NCBI RefSeq assembly: GCF_036321535.1
Contig: NC_087444.1
Coordinates: 36,518,001-36,582,000, forward strand
Reading direction: 5' to 3'
Source: Camelus dromedarius
Taxonomy: Eukaryota
DNA length: 64,000 nucleotides
The notes beneath the pieces are model-generated. The model did not search any database, was not told the origin of the DNA, and was given only the letters and a program-made list of their open reading frames with translations. Both the position numbers and the translations under genes were made by a program. Positions 35,203-47,700 of this stretch are shown one piece after another. Each line of letters begins with the position of its first letter. Positions within the stretch are counted from its first letter, which is position 1.

Positions 35203-35950
35203 GGCTGCGCCGCGCGGCCCGGCCCGGCCCACCGGCCTCTTGAGCCCTTCGACGGCCCGGTCCTTCTGCCGCCGCCCGCCCCTCGACGGGCGGCGCCGCG
35301 CGAGGCCTTGGGCGGCCTCTCACTACTGCCGCCCGGCGCACCGGGCCTGGCCCAGCGCCCCGTGCCCAGAATACGCCTCCAGCCGGCCCGCGCCGCACCG
35401 CGCCGCCCGCCCAGCCGCCCGCCTGCGCTCCGGAGTGGGCCCCGGGGACGCCGCGAAGGACCGCCTGGGAAGGAGGACTACGCCCCCCACAATGCACCGC
35501 GCCAGAAGCAGCTCACTTCCGGAGCGAGGGCGTGCTTATTCCGGCCACTTTGCTGGGCTCCGCGACAGCCCACGCAGAGCGGATTCTTCCCCTGCCCGGT
35601 TCATCCTCGGCGGACTACAGAGGCGTATTCATTTGGATTGCTGTCACTTGGAGCGCCCTTCTCAAAGACCCGGAATCCTGATGGGGGTCGGCGACGCGCG
35701 ACTCTCCAGTGCGCAAGCGCCCTAGGCATAGGCCTACAGAAACTACAAATCCCGAAATGCCTTGCGCTAAACTTGGCGGCTGTGGCCTGGAGCGCCGCCT
35801 AAGGGAAAGGTCGGATTACAGGATTCGGGCGAGGTTGCTCTGCACGCCGGAAGCGGTCCCCGACCCAGAGCGGGCGACTCCGCGGCATTCCTGTGGGGGA
35901 GGGGGGACACAGGAGCCCCTTTGTCTGCGTTGGGGACTCTCACCCGACTC
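35203..35950. promoter_or_regulatory. THAP11: THAP11 CpG island, 5' UTR and promoter
   Basis: ETS acttccgg 35515-35522; NRF1-like TGCGCAAGCGC 35710-35720; ACTACAAATCCCGAAATGCCTTGCG 35742-35766. Confidence 0.75.
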
Positions 35951-36671
35951 AGCTGCTTCTTGCGTTGACTCACTTATTGACCTAAACATAGTCATCAGTA
36001 GGCGCCTACTGTGCCGGGAAACGCAGTGCAGGGAGTTGGGAACCTCGCAGGAGCCAGACCGACCCGGCCTGACTACCTAGAGGGGTGAGGATCCCACTTT
36101 TGGATAATAGCTGTGAATGCATGCGAATGGATGTAAATCACAGAAATTAACGCTCCAAAGGAATGAACGAGACAGGGGAAAATGAGAGGCGGAGACCCAG
36201 GAAGAAAAAACTACAAAAAGCTTAGGTAGGAAGGAGTAGGTTCTTGCCTTGGGAACCAGCCCGTAAGGCCCTGAGGCAGGAGAGAGCCAGGCTCCGTCCT
36301 TAAAGAGCCTAAAGGGTAGCCAGGGTAGCAGAAGCAAAGATAACAAAATGGGCCAATTTAAAAGATTTATGATTTTATTCTGCAGGCGACTGGGAATTGT
36401 TGGAAGGATCTTCAGAGGATGGACAGGGTTTGTATTTTAACAAGACACCTCTCCACTCCCTCGACTTCGATGGGGAAAGTGCCCTAAAGGGGAAAAGAGG
36501 CACTCGTCCAGGAGAGTAACCTGTAGGCCTTCTTCACCCTTTTTCCTGTCTTTCATTTTTTTCTCTCCTAATTACAGACCACAGGTATGAATCCGAAGCC
36601 TAGTACATATTATTTCTAATTATTTGGTATAAAAACGAAATAGATAGGGCTTTTTAAAAGATTGTGAAAGA

Positions 36672-36797
36672 GGGGGGAGTTATAACTCAGTGGTAGAGCG
36701 CATGCTTAGCATGCATCATGAGGCCCTGGATTCGATCCCCAGTACTTCCATTAAAATCAATAAATAAACCTAATTACCTCCCCCCTAAAAATAAAAC
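36672..36797 (+). mobile_element. tRNA-derived SINE (Vic-1-like) with perfect 16-bp TSD
   Basis: A/B boxes; TSD AAAAGATTGTGAAAGA at 36656-36671 and 36798-36813; TTTT/AAAA L1-endonuclease site. Confidence 0.92.
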
Positions 36798-38129
36798 AAA
36801 AGATTGTGAAAGAAAATAATGTCCCTTCAAGTTAACTGTTACTTTTCTTTCTTTCTTTTCAGTTTGTTGTTCTTTACTGTAAATGGATCCATACTTAAAA
36901 TATTTTAGAAACATTCGGGACAATGGGGAAAAAACTATTTTTCTGGTCCTAACACCCAAACATTACATTGCATTCCTGTTTTCAACCAATGTGAGCCTTG
37001 ATTATATGTGTGGATTTCACAGAACCTTTCCTCCTGGCTTCTATGCAGCTGAGCTCCACAGCTTGAACTCCTTCAAATTCAGAAATTCATTTCTAGTATG
37101 TGTAGTTCATGGTAAAAGAACCTCCTCACTCCCTCAACTCATATGAACATTCATTTATACAACTGTAAAAACATGAATACACACATTGTTATATGTTTAA
37201 ATGTTTATAAAATGTTTGCAGAAGAGATAAAATTCAGCAAAAGATCATTGCATCTGTTACGTATTTTCATTGTCCTACAGTTAGTGATATGGTTCTACTC
37301 CTAGTCTCAAAACCTACCATACTCAAAAAATACTGGTGAAAGGTCAAATTGACATCATTTCTTTATGTACAGAACATTGACGATTATGCTCTGTAAAACT
37401 CTGCCTTCTAGTACATAAATCACTTCTAATCTACTCTTAATCTTCCACACTAAAAAATATCTAGAATACAAATGCATGGCTTTTTCCCCACCCCCACTGC
37501 CCTGCCTACCTTCTATCTTGTCACCTCTGGAGAAGGGCAAGAATGTTTGTCACATGTCTCCTTGCTTCCAATCTTGCCTCCCCTACAATCTGTTCTTCAC
37601 ATGGCTGCCAAAGAAAATAACGATTATGTAATGCCTCTGCTTAAATCCCTCCAATGGCCTGTTGCATTTAGGATAATGTCCAAACTCCTTTCCAAAACCT
37701 GGGAGACTTCACATGGTGTGGTCCTTGCCAATCTGACTCTTCTCCATCACTTCATGAACCCAGTGAATTTTTAAGACAAGTAGTAAATATAAAGTTTAAT
37801 CAATTATGCAAACACAGTAAAGCAATCTATGCAAATGTATTAGAATACTGTGCAAAAGTAAGCTGATTCTCAAACTATTTTGGAAAGACTTTTGTGTATT
37901 TTCCATATTATCCAGTTCAAGGCATTACAAATAATAAATAAATATATACATACTGCACTTAGGTGGTTGATAGTGACTGTGGAAAGGTGCCTGCAAAGGG
38001 CTAGCAAATTAAGTCAGATAACAGAGGTCAACTCTAAATGACAAGGAATATTAGTATGATTTTTTTCTGCAATTCTCTTATTTTAAGAAGCAAGAATCTT
38101 ATTTTCTGTTTTTTTCCTTGTTTAAAATT

Positions 38130-38263
38130 TATTTTTTAAAATACATTTTATTTTATTTTGAGGGGTGATTAGATTTGTTTATTTTTAGTGGAGTTACTGG
38201 GGATTGAACCCAGAACCTCACGCATACTGAACAGGCACTCTACCACTAAGCTATATCTTCCCC
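38130..38263 (-). mobile_element. tRNA-derived SINE (Vic-1-like)
   Basis: Reverse complement reads ggggaagatatagcttagtggtagagtgcc..gggttcaatccccagtaactcc with an A-rich tail. Confidence 0.85.
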
Positions 38264-38789
38264 TATTGTTTCTCAACACAAGCACAAATAAGACCATGCC
38301 TCTTTCCAGTATCTGATACTTTACACCTGATTTAGGAGCAAGAAAGAGAACTTCACACAATACTCAGAACTCAAGTTCTAATTCGGTTCCCATGAAAATT
38401 TGAGAACGAGAGGGAGGAGGCCATCAGTTGGTGAAAATATGATAACGGAGTCTCCAGCACTAACAACTTTTGTGAGCCCGAATTCATCTCAAAACTGCGC
38501 ATGTTTGGAGATCGTAACATCTCTACTGGGTTTCAAACACCCCACTAGCCTCCAAGCCTGCAAACTGATTTCTTGTGATAGATATAGATCCTATAGACAC
38601 ATTGGTTTTCGCAAATGCGTATCTGACGAGGTCACGTACAGACTGCAGTTATTTTTTCGTGGCCTAAATGTGTCTCTCCTCATCTTTGGAGAAAGAGATG
38701 GGAGTGAGAGACATTCTAACAATAGTGAGTGCTGTTTACTGATGGACTGGCTTACTATGTGTCAGATCGTGAGTTAAACATTATCTTAT

Positions 38790-38930
38790 TGAATCATTAC
38801 ATCCCCCCACCCGCCCAATTAGGTGGTTATCATCCTCAGTTTACAGATGAGGAAACCGAGGCTTTGACTGGTTGCACATATTTGCCCAGGCTCAAGGTAA
38901 GGCTGCTTGCAAAGCCAGTTTGCAATCACA
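38790..38930 (-). mobile_element. MIR fragment just upstream of the CENPT coding start
   Basis: cagtttacagatgaggaaaccgaggct..ttgcccaggg. Confidence 0.6.
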
Positions 38931-39072
38931 CGGTTAGCGCCGAGCGCAGCCGGCAGCAACTGCAATTCCCGTGGGGCTGTGCGGCAGCCTCGCGAGAGTT
39001 GGCTTGATTGAGGCGGCTGGAAGGCTGCTGCCGCGGCTAACTCGGCGGTTGGGAGGGCGGACAGCTGAGGCG

Positions 39073-42000
39073 ATGGCGGACAGCTACAGCCTGGACTGCG
39101 AGCCTACGACGCGCACGCTACTACGGCGCGTGCTGGATACAGCGGATCCGCTCACTCCGCGGCGACCCCGGAGTGCTCGGACTAGGTGTGTGAGGGCGCT
39201 GCCCCAGCACAAGAGCAACCAGAGGAACTGGGAGGTAGAGTCCAGCGCGGAACCTGTTTGGAGAGGGAAACTGACTCTCAGAAAGGAGCAGAGCCCGGGG
39301 CTCTGAGAACTGGCTCCTTTCCCTTAGCTGGACTCGGGTCAGCTGTTTGTGTCTCCAGCCTTGGGACTCCAGGCGAATCGAGATCACAGAGCTCAATCAT
39401 GCTGGCGTCTTTGGGGGTCCGCTTCTGGAGCGAAAGATGGGTGCTCAGAATCTGTTCTCTACGCCAGTTTTCCAGAGTGGGTCCAGGCATCTGCCCTGAA
39501 TTGCCTCCCAGGCGGTTCCAAGTTGGAAGATGGGAAAGGAGCTGGAGAGCACAGCCTGGGCGGAAGTCAGGAGGCAGGAACTGAAAAGATGCCTTGCGAG
39601 GGAGCAGGAAATTTGGCCTGACTTGGTGGGAGTGGCAGTGGGCGAGGGCTCTGATGAGCTCATGGTACAGAGGGTGTGGAATATGGCATCTCCCAGCTTC
39701 CTGGGGGCAGTGCAGTTCCTTTATAGACAATGGAAAGCCATTCATTATAGGTTTTAGACCTACGAGTGATGAGGTGGGAGCTGTGCCCTGGGAACATTTA
39801 TGTGGTTCTGAAGTCTGAGAGGGAATTGGACTAGAGAGACAAGGGCTATAGTGACTCATGTGGAAGTTTCTATCAGACCCTGACAAGTACTTATAAGGTT
39901 CAAAAATACTTAAATATCTTTGGATTGTTATTTTAGTGTCTAGAATGAATACTCTTCTAATTGTTCCTCTTGTCTGTGCAGTTAACCTCTACTTCTGATA
40001 GTCACCTGTGTGAAGCCTTCCTCAGCCCCTTTCTCTTCCCATACTGTTCGGGCTTCCTTTCACCTACAATTCTGTTGACAGAGCTGGAAACAGGGCTATG
40101 GGAGGGGCACGTGGTTCCCAAGTCCCTGTCCCTGAGGGTAAAGGATTTCAGCTAAGATTCTTGATGAAAACACATCTCTAGTTCCTCCTCCCCACATAAT
40201 TCTCAGAGTTGCTGGTCTTTACACAGTGCCCAGAGAGCCCTACTTGAAACACCTTCCTCTAAGAAGCTGAGGAGCCAAACAAAGATGACTGCCAGGCGTC
40301 GTTCTCATAAAGCCAGGGTAAGTGCCCCACCCACTGACCACTAGAAAGCTCTGGTTGCCTTCAGGGAGCTCTTGAATTCTAGCTTTGCTCTGGACCCCAC
40401 CTTGAGGGACTCAAGGCAAAGGAACAGACTGATTGCTTGGTGCTGTTACCCAAAGTCTATTGACAGATTGGCCCATATTCAAGCTGATGGACACCTGGAG
40501 GAACAGACACCCCGGACTCTGCTGAAGAACATCTTATTAACTGGTGAGTGAGCACTGGCCTGCAGGTCAGAACCAGGTACCAATCCTATGGTATCCCTCA
40601 TTTAGGGCAGCCTGCCCTGCCAGCCGCATCTTCTCCTTGCTATTTATGCAGCCCCGGAATCTTCCATCGTGTTGCCAGAATCAGTGGTGAAGCCAGTGCC
40701 AGCACCACAGGTGGTCCAGACTTCCAGACGGGAAAGCAGTCGGGGCAGGTGCACAGTGAATTCCCCCCTTGGACTGGGCTGTTGGGGAGCTCTGGTCAGG
40801 GAGCCTTTTGGGGGCCCCAAGAGCCAGAATTGGGTGTCCTGGCCTGTCTGAGATAAGCTCCATTCTTGTAGCCTGGAGCTGCAACTTCCTGAAGTTGAAC
40901 CCTCAACAACTCTGGCTCCAGGTCTGCTGGCTCCTGGCAGAAGGAAGCAGAGGCTGAGGTTGTCAGTGTTTCAGCAAGGAATGGACCAGGGGCTGCCTCT
41001 CTCTCAAGGTGAGGTCCTGGACAACACCTGTGGTCACTCTTTCTCCTGTCCTCTTGGAGAGGCTGAGGAGGCCTGAGAGAGGCCTGGGTAACTTATTATG
41101 GTTTCTTTTTATATCCTCTTGCAGAGCCTTATGGGAATGCTGATGCCTCTTCCATCACCAGGTGCTGTTGCCGGTTCTAGTGGTTGGTGGAGGAAAGTCT
41201 TGGGGAAGAAGGTGCTGACTAGAATGGAATCTGGCCATACTGCTCCATGCTTACTTCATGGCAGCTGTGTTATAAGAGATGAGAGCACCAGAACATTTGG
41301 GGGAATCCTAGGCTGGGGGAGGAGGATTGGGCCTCAGGAACCTAACTTTCCTTTGTGCCTTGTCCCTCCCACCAGCTCCCTCAACCTGACCTTTGCCACA
41401 CCTCTCCAGCCACAGTCAGTAAAGAGACCTGGTTTGGCCCGCAGACCTCCTACCCGCCGAGCTGTAGATGTGGGTACATTTTTGCAGGATATACAAGATA
41501 CTTCCCTGGCCTTGGCTCCTCCAGGTAAAGTTGAGATTTCTCTTCTTCTGGCCTGTGGAGAAAGCTCTCCCCCAACAAGAGATAGGAGATGCTGCTGAGT
41601 CCAGGGTTGTTCTTCTCTCCTTCAGGTCAAAGATAGTGAGCAAGCCTGGCCAGTAGGTCTATGAGGAGTTTCTGCTTTCTTTCCACAAGTTGCCTCTTGT
41701 CTTGCTGGGGCCCAGTCTTAGTCTTCCAGTATGTTCCAGGACCTCATATCCTTGAAGAGCTATGGGGCTGAGGGTAGGAAAGGGGTGTGGTATGGTGATT
41801 GGAGCTTATTGGGAGGTTGAAAGCGGCTGGTCAGTCAGAGCTGACCTGGGAGCCTGATTCCAGAAGACAAGTCAAGTTCACCAGAGTAAGAGAAGGGTTT
41901 CAGGCCCAGAGAGTGGAGAGTACAGCCATGGGTGAGCAGTTTGGGTGGAGCAAGCTGTAGAGCCTGGGAATGCCAGGCTAAGGAGCAGGAAGGTAAGCAA

Positions 42001-44490
42001 GGAGAGCTGTGGAAGGGAGATTAGTCTCAGAGCACTAGGTAGTCTTTCTGAAGGTCACTCAGGCAAACTTGTGGGCCCACTACGCAGGCCCTAGTGACTG
42101 GGTAGCAGCAGGTGGGCCTGCAAAACACTGAATGCCAACTGGCCCTTGATCTCCAGGTGACAGCCTCAGAACCCCTGTTACCACTCTGCCAACGGACACA
42201 GTGTTGGAGGACACACAGCCCTTCTCCCAGCCCTTGCTTGGCCGTTCCCCCAGTGTGCAACACTCCCTGCCTTGCCCCTCTCACTCTGGGGCTAAAGATG
42301 TGGAGAGGGCTGTCGGTCACAGGACATGGAGCAGTGGGCCTAGGCTGCAGAACAGTGGTGAGTTTGTGGGGCATGTGGCCTCGATCCAAACCTAGCATGA
42401 GCAAGAATTGGTGGTTTTTTCCTCCTCAGGCCCATCTGTGTGCCCCCTCCCCACTGGGTACCTGGCTATTGATCCCACCTCCATCCAAGAGCAGAGTCAA
42501 TGTTGGACCAGGAGACTCCAAACCAGCACCCTGGGGCTGCCTCTGACCTTTTCTCCTTGATGGGCTAGACTAGGTTTTACTACTCCATCTTTACCTTTCT
42601 TAGAGCTACAGCCCTGGCCTACTGCCTCTCTAGCCCGTGTTCTCTCCCCTTGATTTAGGTCCTGGGAAGCCAGCCCAGCTTATGGCAGGAAAGGTGGAGG
42701 AGGTTGGTGCTCTTGCTCTGGGCTTTCCAAACACCAGCAGTAATATCTCTGGAGAAGATGGAGTAGAGCCCTTACAGAATGGAGTTGGTGAGGAGGCAGA
42801 GGGAAGGATGAAAGAAGGCTTGAGCATGAGGGGAGTGGAGGAGGCAACAGGAGCACAAGGATCTGCCAGAGCAGAAGAGCCTGAAGAACACACAGAGGTG
42901 ACAGAAGCAGAGGGGTCCCAGGGGGCCATTGAGGCCAAGGAGCCAGAAGGATCTTCAGGGGATGAAGATACCCCTGGCAGGACAGGTAAGGGGCCCAGTG
43001 CAGGGATCAGGGAGTGGGTGGGTGACAGCTATGTCCCTGACCTTGGAGGAGCGGATTACCTGGCTTGTGTTTCTAGGCACAGGTAGTTTTGGGCCAAGGA
43101 AACTGAATGATCCCTTGCTTGGCCAGAGCTAGATGAGGCCCTTGAAGAACAGGACAGGGAGGCTGTGGGCCTTCAAGGTTGGGTGAGATGGTCAGGCCTG
43201 AGCCTTCTATATCCCTGCCCTTCCCCTGCAGCAAGTCCAGAGTTGGCCTCCAGCACCCCAGAGTTCCTTCGGGCCAGACGACTTCAGTTTCCTGAGCCAG
43301 CTCCACCGCCTAGCACTGCAGTGTAAGATCCTACAACCCTCTTCCACATGGGCCTCTTGGGAAGGGGCTAGGAACTGAGGTTGGCACTGGCACCATAGGG
43401 TTATCATTCTTCCTGTAGGTATACAGATGATTACTCAGCAGAGCACCCTGAGGTGGGCTGGGTGGGGCTCACCGAGATCACGTATGTCATCCTGGTGTCT
43501 GTTTGCAGGGGCTTAGAGGAGCCTGGGTAGGAGAAAATGCCTAGGCTAGTGTGTAGTCACAGAATATCTCCTGGAGAAGGAGTAATAAAACCAGACAGGC
43601 AGCAATGGGCTGAGGGAGGGAATGTCTATGCCAAAGCCTGGGGATCATGAGCCTGAGCAAGTACTGGTTTGTATGATGAGGCTAGACTAGAGCATTGTGT
43701 CCAGTCCGTGGAGGATCAGGGCCCCAGGGAAACACCAGGCTTCTACATGGCTCCCTGTCCCCACTGCCCCCAAGAAATGGTTATTTCAGCTATTGGTCCA
43801 GGCTGGCCAAGAAACACAAGGGCCCCAATCTTGGCAGGAGTCAGCAAGACTTATCTTTGATTAAGGGCATTTTCAGGTAGCAATTCAGCTACTTCTGTTC
43901 ACTCCTTGCCCCCAGCTTAACTTCTGAGCCTCCGGAGACTCTGTCAGCCAGGCTTCCTCCCAGAACTCGAATCCCTGGCCCCAGGCCCCGTCAAGATCCC
44001 TACAAGACCGGACTGAACCACTATGCAAAACTCTTTAGCTTCTATGCTAAAATGCCCATGGAGAAGAAGTCTCTTGAGATGGTGGAGAAGTGGTGAGTCC
44101 TGGACACTTGGAGTTGGGGGAGAAGCCCCTCAGATCATGAACAGTCTGTTTAGTCTGTTCTACCCCAACCTTCTTGGCAGCCTCGACAAGTACTTTCAGC
44201 ATCTTTGTGATGACCTGGAGGTATTTGCTGCTCATGCTGGCCGCAAGACTGTGAGGCCAGAGGACCTGGAGCTGCTGATGCGAAGGTAAGTGGGCGGAAG
44301 CAGGGAGGTGCTGGGTGTGGGAGTTCTGGCCCTGATTCTGTCGTTCTCTATCCTCCTCTGCTGCAGGCAGGGTCTGGTCACTGACCAAGTCTCCCTGCAC
44401 GTGCTTGTGGAGCGGCACCTGCCCCTGGAGTACCGGCAGCTGCTCATCCCTTGTGCATTCAGTGGCAACTCTGTCTTCCCTGCCCAGTAG
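39073..44490 (+). CDS. CENPT: Centromere protein T, 578 aa; N-terminal Ndc80/Mis12-binding region and C-terminal histone fold
   Basis: 13 coding exons: 39073-39185, 40227-40317, 40456-40543, 40652-40748, 40872-41008, 41125-41161, 41376-41524, 42157-42357, 42659-42985, 43232-43322, 43916-44092, 44181-44285, 44367-44490 (1737 nt, phases consistent). MADSYSLDCEPTTRTLLRRVLDTADPLTPRRP..EEQTPRTLLKNILLT..LDKYFQHLCDDLEVFAAHAGRKTV..SGNSVFPAQ*. Confidence 0.95.
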
Positions 44491-44578
44491 TGGCCAGGTC
44501 TCAACACTTGCCCTCTCCCCACCTGGGGCCCTTTGGCCCCACATACACTTCCAAGTTTCCTCCCTGTCCCCCAGCATC

Positions 44579-44584
44579 AATAAA
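44579..44584 (+). terminator. CENPT: CENPT polyadenylation signal (AATAAA)
   Basis: About 90 nt after the stop, followed by a GT-rich element (tgctgtgttttgg). Confidence 0.8.
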
Positions 44585-44763
44585 GTGTCACAAACAATAT
44601 GCTGTGTTTTGGTACATGTCCTGGGACCAGCTAGGCAGGGACCAACCCCCCTCCCCTTGATTCCCCAGCATAACCTAGAGAATAGCATGGATTCAAACAA
44701 ACAACTTTATACCAACAGTCAGAAGTTGGCAGCACGGGAGCACTGAGGCTGCCCAGAGCAGCC

Positions 44764-47700
44764 TTAGGTTGCAGGTTCCTGCTCTCGAGGCCCCATACGC
44801 CTAACGTCACTCATCTGAAGCTGTTCCAGTGCAGTCTGGAGCTGTATCACAGTGCCCTCTTCCTTTTCCTCACCCTCTTCTGGCAGTTCTGTCACAGGGA
44901 ACTGGAAGGCCTGGCTCAAATAGCCATTCAGGGTCTGCTTGTCTAGGCTGGGATCAATGGTCATCAGGGCCTCATGTAATTTAGGCAGAGTCACCTTATC
45001 ATGGCTGCCCACCAGGGAAAGAGAGAAACAGGCCTTGACCCTCCTCTCTGTACTCCAGACCCCAAGATGCCCTCTCCCAGGCTTGAGCAGTATATAGTGT
45101 CCAGCAGCAAGCTCGGTGCATAGGGAGACCCAGGGGCTTGAGGTGCCACCCATGGCCCAGCCTGCAGGACTTGCCTATGGCTAAGTGAGCTTGAAGGCCC
45201 CAGGGTCACTCACAGTTCCAGGCCCAGTTCCTGCTTCAGCTCGTATAAGTACTCATCCTTTTCATTCAGGTACTGTTCCCACAGCTTTTGCAGAAAGGGC
45301 ACGCTCTGGCCCTCCTCATCCTGGGAAGGGGCCACAAGGCATGGTGAGGGTACATGGGCTAGGGTCCAACAGAGGCTAGGGCAGGGCTGGGCAAGTTCCT
45401 GGGCCCTTGACCCACCTCCATAAACAATAAGCGGTAGTTGACCAAGTCTGCATTGCTGCTGCTGGGATGCCAGCCCCCTGCCTCCATCAATTCCTGAATT
45501 TTCTCATCCTTCTTGAAGGGGAAGGTGCTCCTGAGGACAGTGCTGTAGGGAGACAAGAGGGCCAGTGGGCCTGGCTGAGGCCTGCCTACCCATCTCCCTG
45601 CATCCTTCTGCCAGCCCCACTAGTGCTCAAAAGGGCAGCATGCATTGAAGCTCTGGCCCTTCCATCAGGCTCCCCTTCCCCCTGCACAGCTAGGGACCTG
45701 GCCAGAGGACATGTTGGGCTGGAGTTTGGGGTGGCCCGACTGGTCTCTCACCTTAACTGCTCCATGGTTAGTAGCCCCTCATTCTGACTGTCAGCATGTG
45801 TCATCTCCTTCAGAAGCTGTGCTATTGTCTCCTTCTGCTTGATGTATACACTTTCTTTCCTCTGTAGGGAGGGAAGCATTGACTGTCTTGCTGTTTCCTA
45901 AAGGGGTAGGGACAGGGATAGAGCTGGCCTATGCTGAGCATAAAGGGTGGAGGGCCAGGCCCAAGCTCACCTTTCCCATCAAGACTGCATAGAATTGACT
46001 CATGACCTCATTGGAGTGGAAGAGCTTGATATATTCAAAAATGGTGTAAGCCCAGGCCATGGCATCACTAGGCCCAAAGCGACGCTCCAGGAAATTGAAG
46101 AAAAAATCTGAGAACTTCTCTTTCTGCACGGTAGGGAAAGACTGCTTGATCAGCCTGCTCCACAGTTGGTTGGCCCTCCTTCCTGCTCCCTAGCACCTTG
46201 AGGGGCCCCCTGGAGGACTCAGGGGGCCACACCAGGCCAAAATGGCTGGTGAAATCTGACCTGCTCCTCAGCAATACGTTCCTTCCAGGCATCCTTGAGG
46301 ATGTTTACCACATCCTTCTTGGTTGGCTTCTTGTTCTCCACAATGCCATCAAACTGAAGGAAAGCAGGGATAGATTCACCATAGCCCTGGAAGGAAGAGT
46401 GTCAGCTCATCTCTGGGCCTGCCTGTAGCCCCACCCTCAAGCAGTGCAGAGCCCCATATAGTTCTGGCAGAACCTCAAGTCTCAGCAGTAAGGCCTGGCT
46501 GTTCTGACTCTGGCCCCAAGCCTCTTGAGCCCAGGGACTCCCCTACCAAACCAGGGAAGAAGTCTTTCTCCCGGAGCAGACCCTCGCCAATCTCCTCCAG
46601 GAGCACGTCAACCAACTGGTCGCTGTTCTTGCCTTCGGCCAGCACATGCCAGCGATCTTGACCCCCAGCCACCACATCTGCAGGTAGGAAGAAGGAGCTG
46701 GAGTCCGGACCATGCCCCTGAGCAGTCCCTGGGGCCCCAACAGCCAGCATTACCTTCGCACTTGGACCAGTCAGGCCGTGGTGTGGAGGTGCGCTGGATC
46801 TCCTGCAGCTCAGCATAGAACTGGTCCCGCTCTCTCAGCGTGCTCATGTGCAACTGCAGCAGCATCTCGTGCTCCTTACGGACCTCCTCATAGTCATCTT
46901 TCAGGCTGTCCAGCTGTAGGCAAGGTGATTAGTCCTCACTACCCACCTGTATGACCCTGCCCTACCCTGCTTGCCCACCAGCACCTGCTCCTGAAGATCC
47001 TTGTTGGTCTTCTCCTGCATTTCAAAGTCCCTCCTGGGCACCACATCTCCAAAGTTGGCCTTCATGGTGTTGAGCTCCATCTGCATGCGGGTCAGGTCTT
47101 GCCGGGCCATCTTCAGAGCCACTGTTAACTTCACAGGGTCCTCCCCCCAGATGCCTGCCAGGGGGCCCGCCAGCTCGTGTTACCCTGGCTCTGGAGCCTG
47201 TAGCCCAGGGCAGGGTTGAGTGTCCCTCAGGACATGTCCCAGGCCTTCCTGCTCTCCCAGGTTGGGAACCCCTGTGCCTTTCCACGGTGCTACCAGCATA
47301 GGGGTTCGGACTCAAATAGAGAAGCCCAGGATGTGGGGTACCAGGACTGTCCTGCTCTTAGGGAGTCTAGGCTACCTCAGCTGCCAGCGATTGCCTCTTA
47401 AACAAGTTTGTGACTCTCAGGCCAGCTCAGAAGATCCGCAGACCCAGGGGTCAGCAGGGCCATCTCCCATCGTGAATAGGCATGCAATGAGCAGATATTA
47501 GGAGAGCTGAATGAATGGGATTGAGTGGACCCCTCTCCAGTGCCCCCTCAGGGGAGAGAAACCCACCACAGGCTTACCTGGGTACTGAGCTAGTGACATG
47601 TCTTCCCGCTGGTACCGTAGCTCATTCAGGTCTGCGATGAGGATCTTGCGGGCATCTCGCTCGCTGAGATAGTGCAGGTACTCCTCAGCCAAGTTCTTCC

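Noticed and set aside
35203-35232. GTG-initiated 10-aa N-terminal extension of THAP11 in the ORF track
   Set aside because: Weak -3 context; the AUG at 35202 has gcagccATG context and matches the known N-terminus MPGFTCC.
35137-35802. 221-aa and 174-aa plus-strand ORFs antisense to THAP11
   Set aside because: Stop-poor GC-rich CpG-island sequence with Arg/Pro/Ala low-complexity content and no domain.
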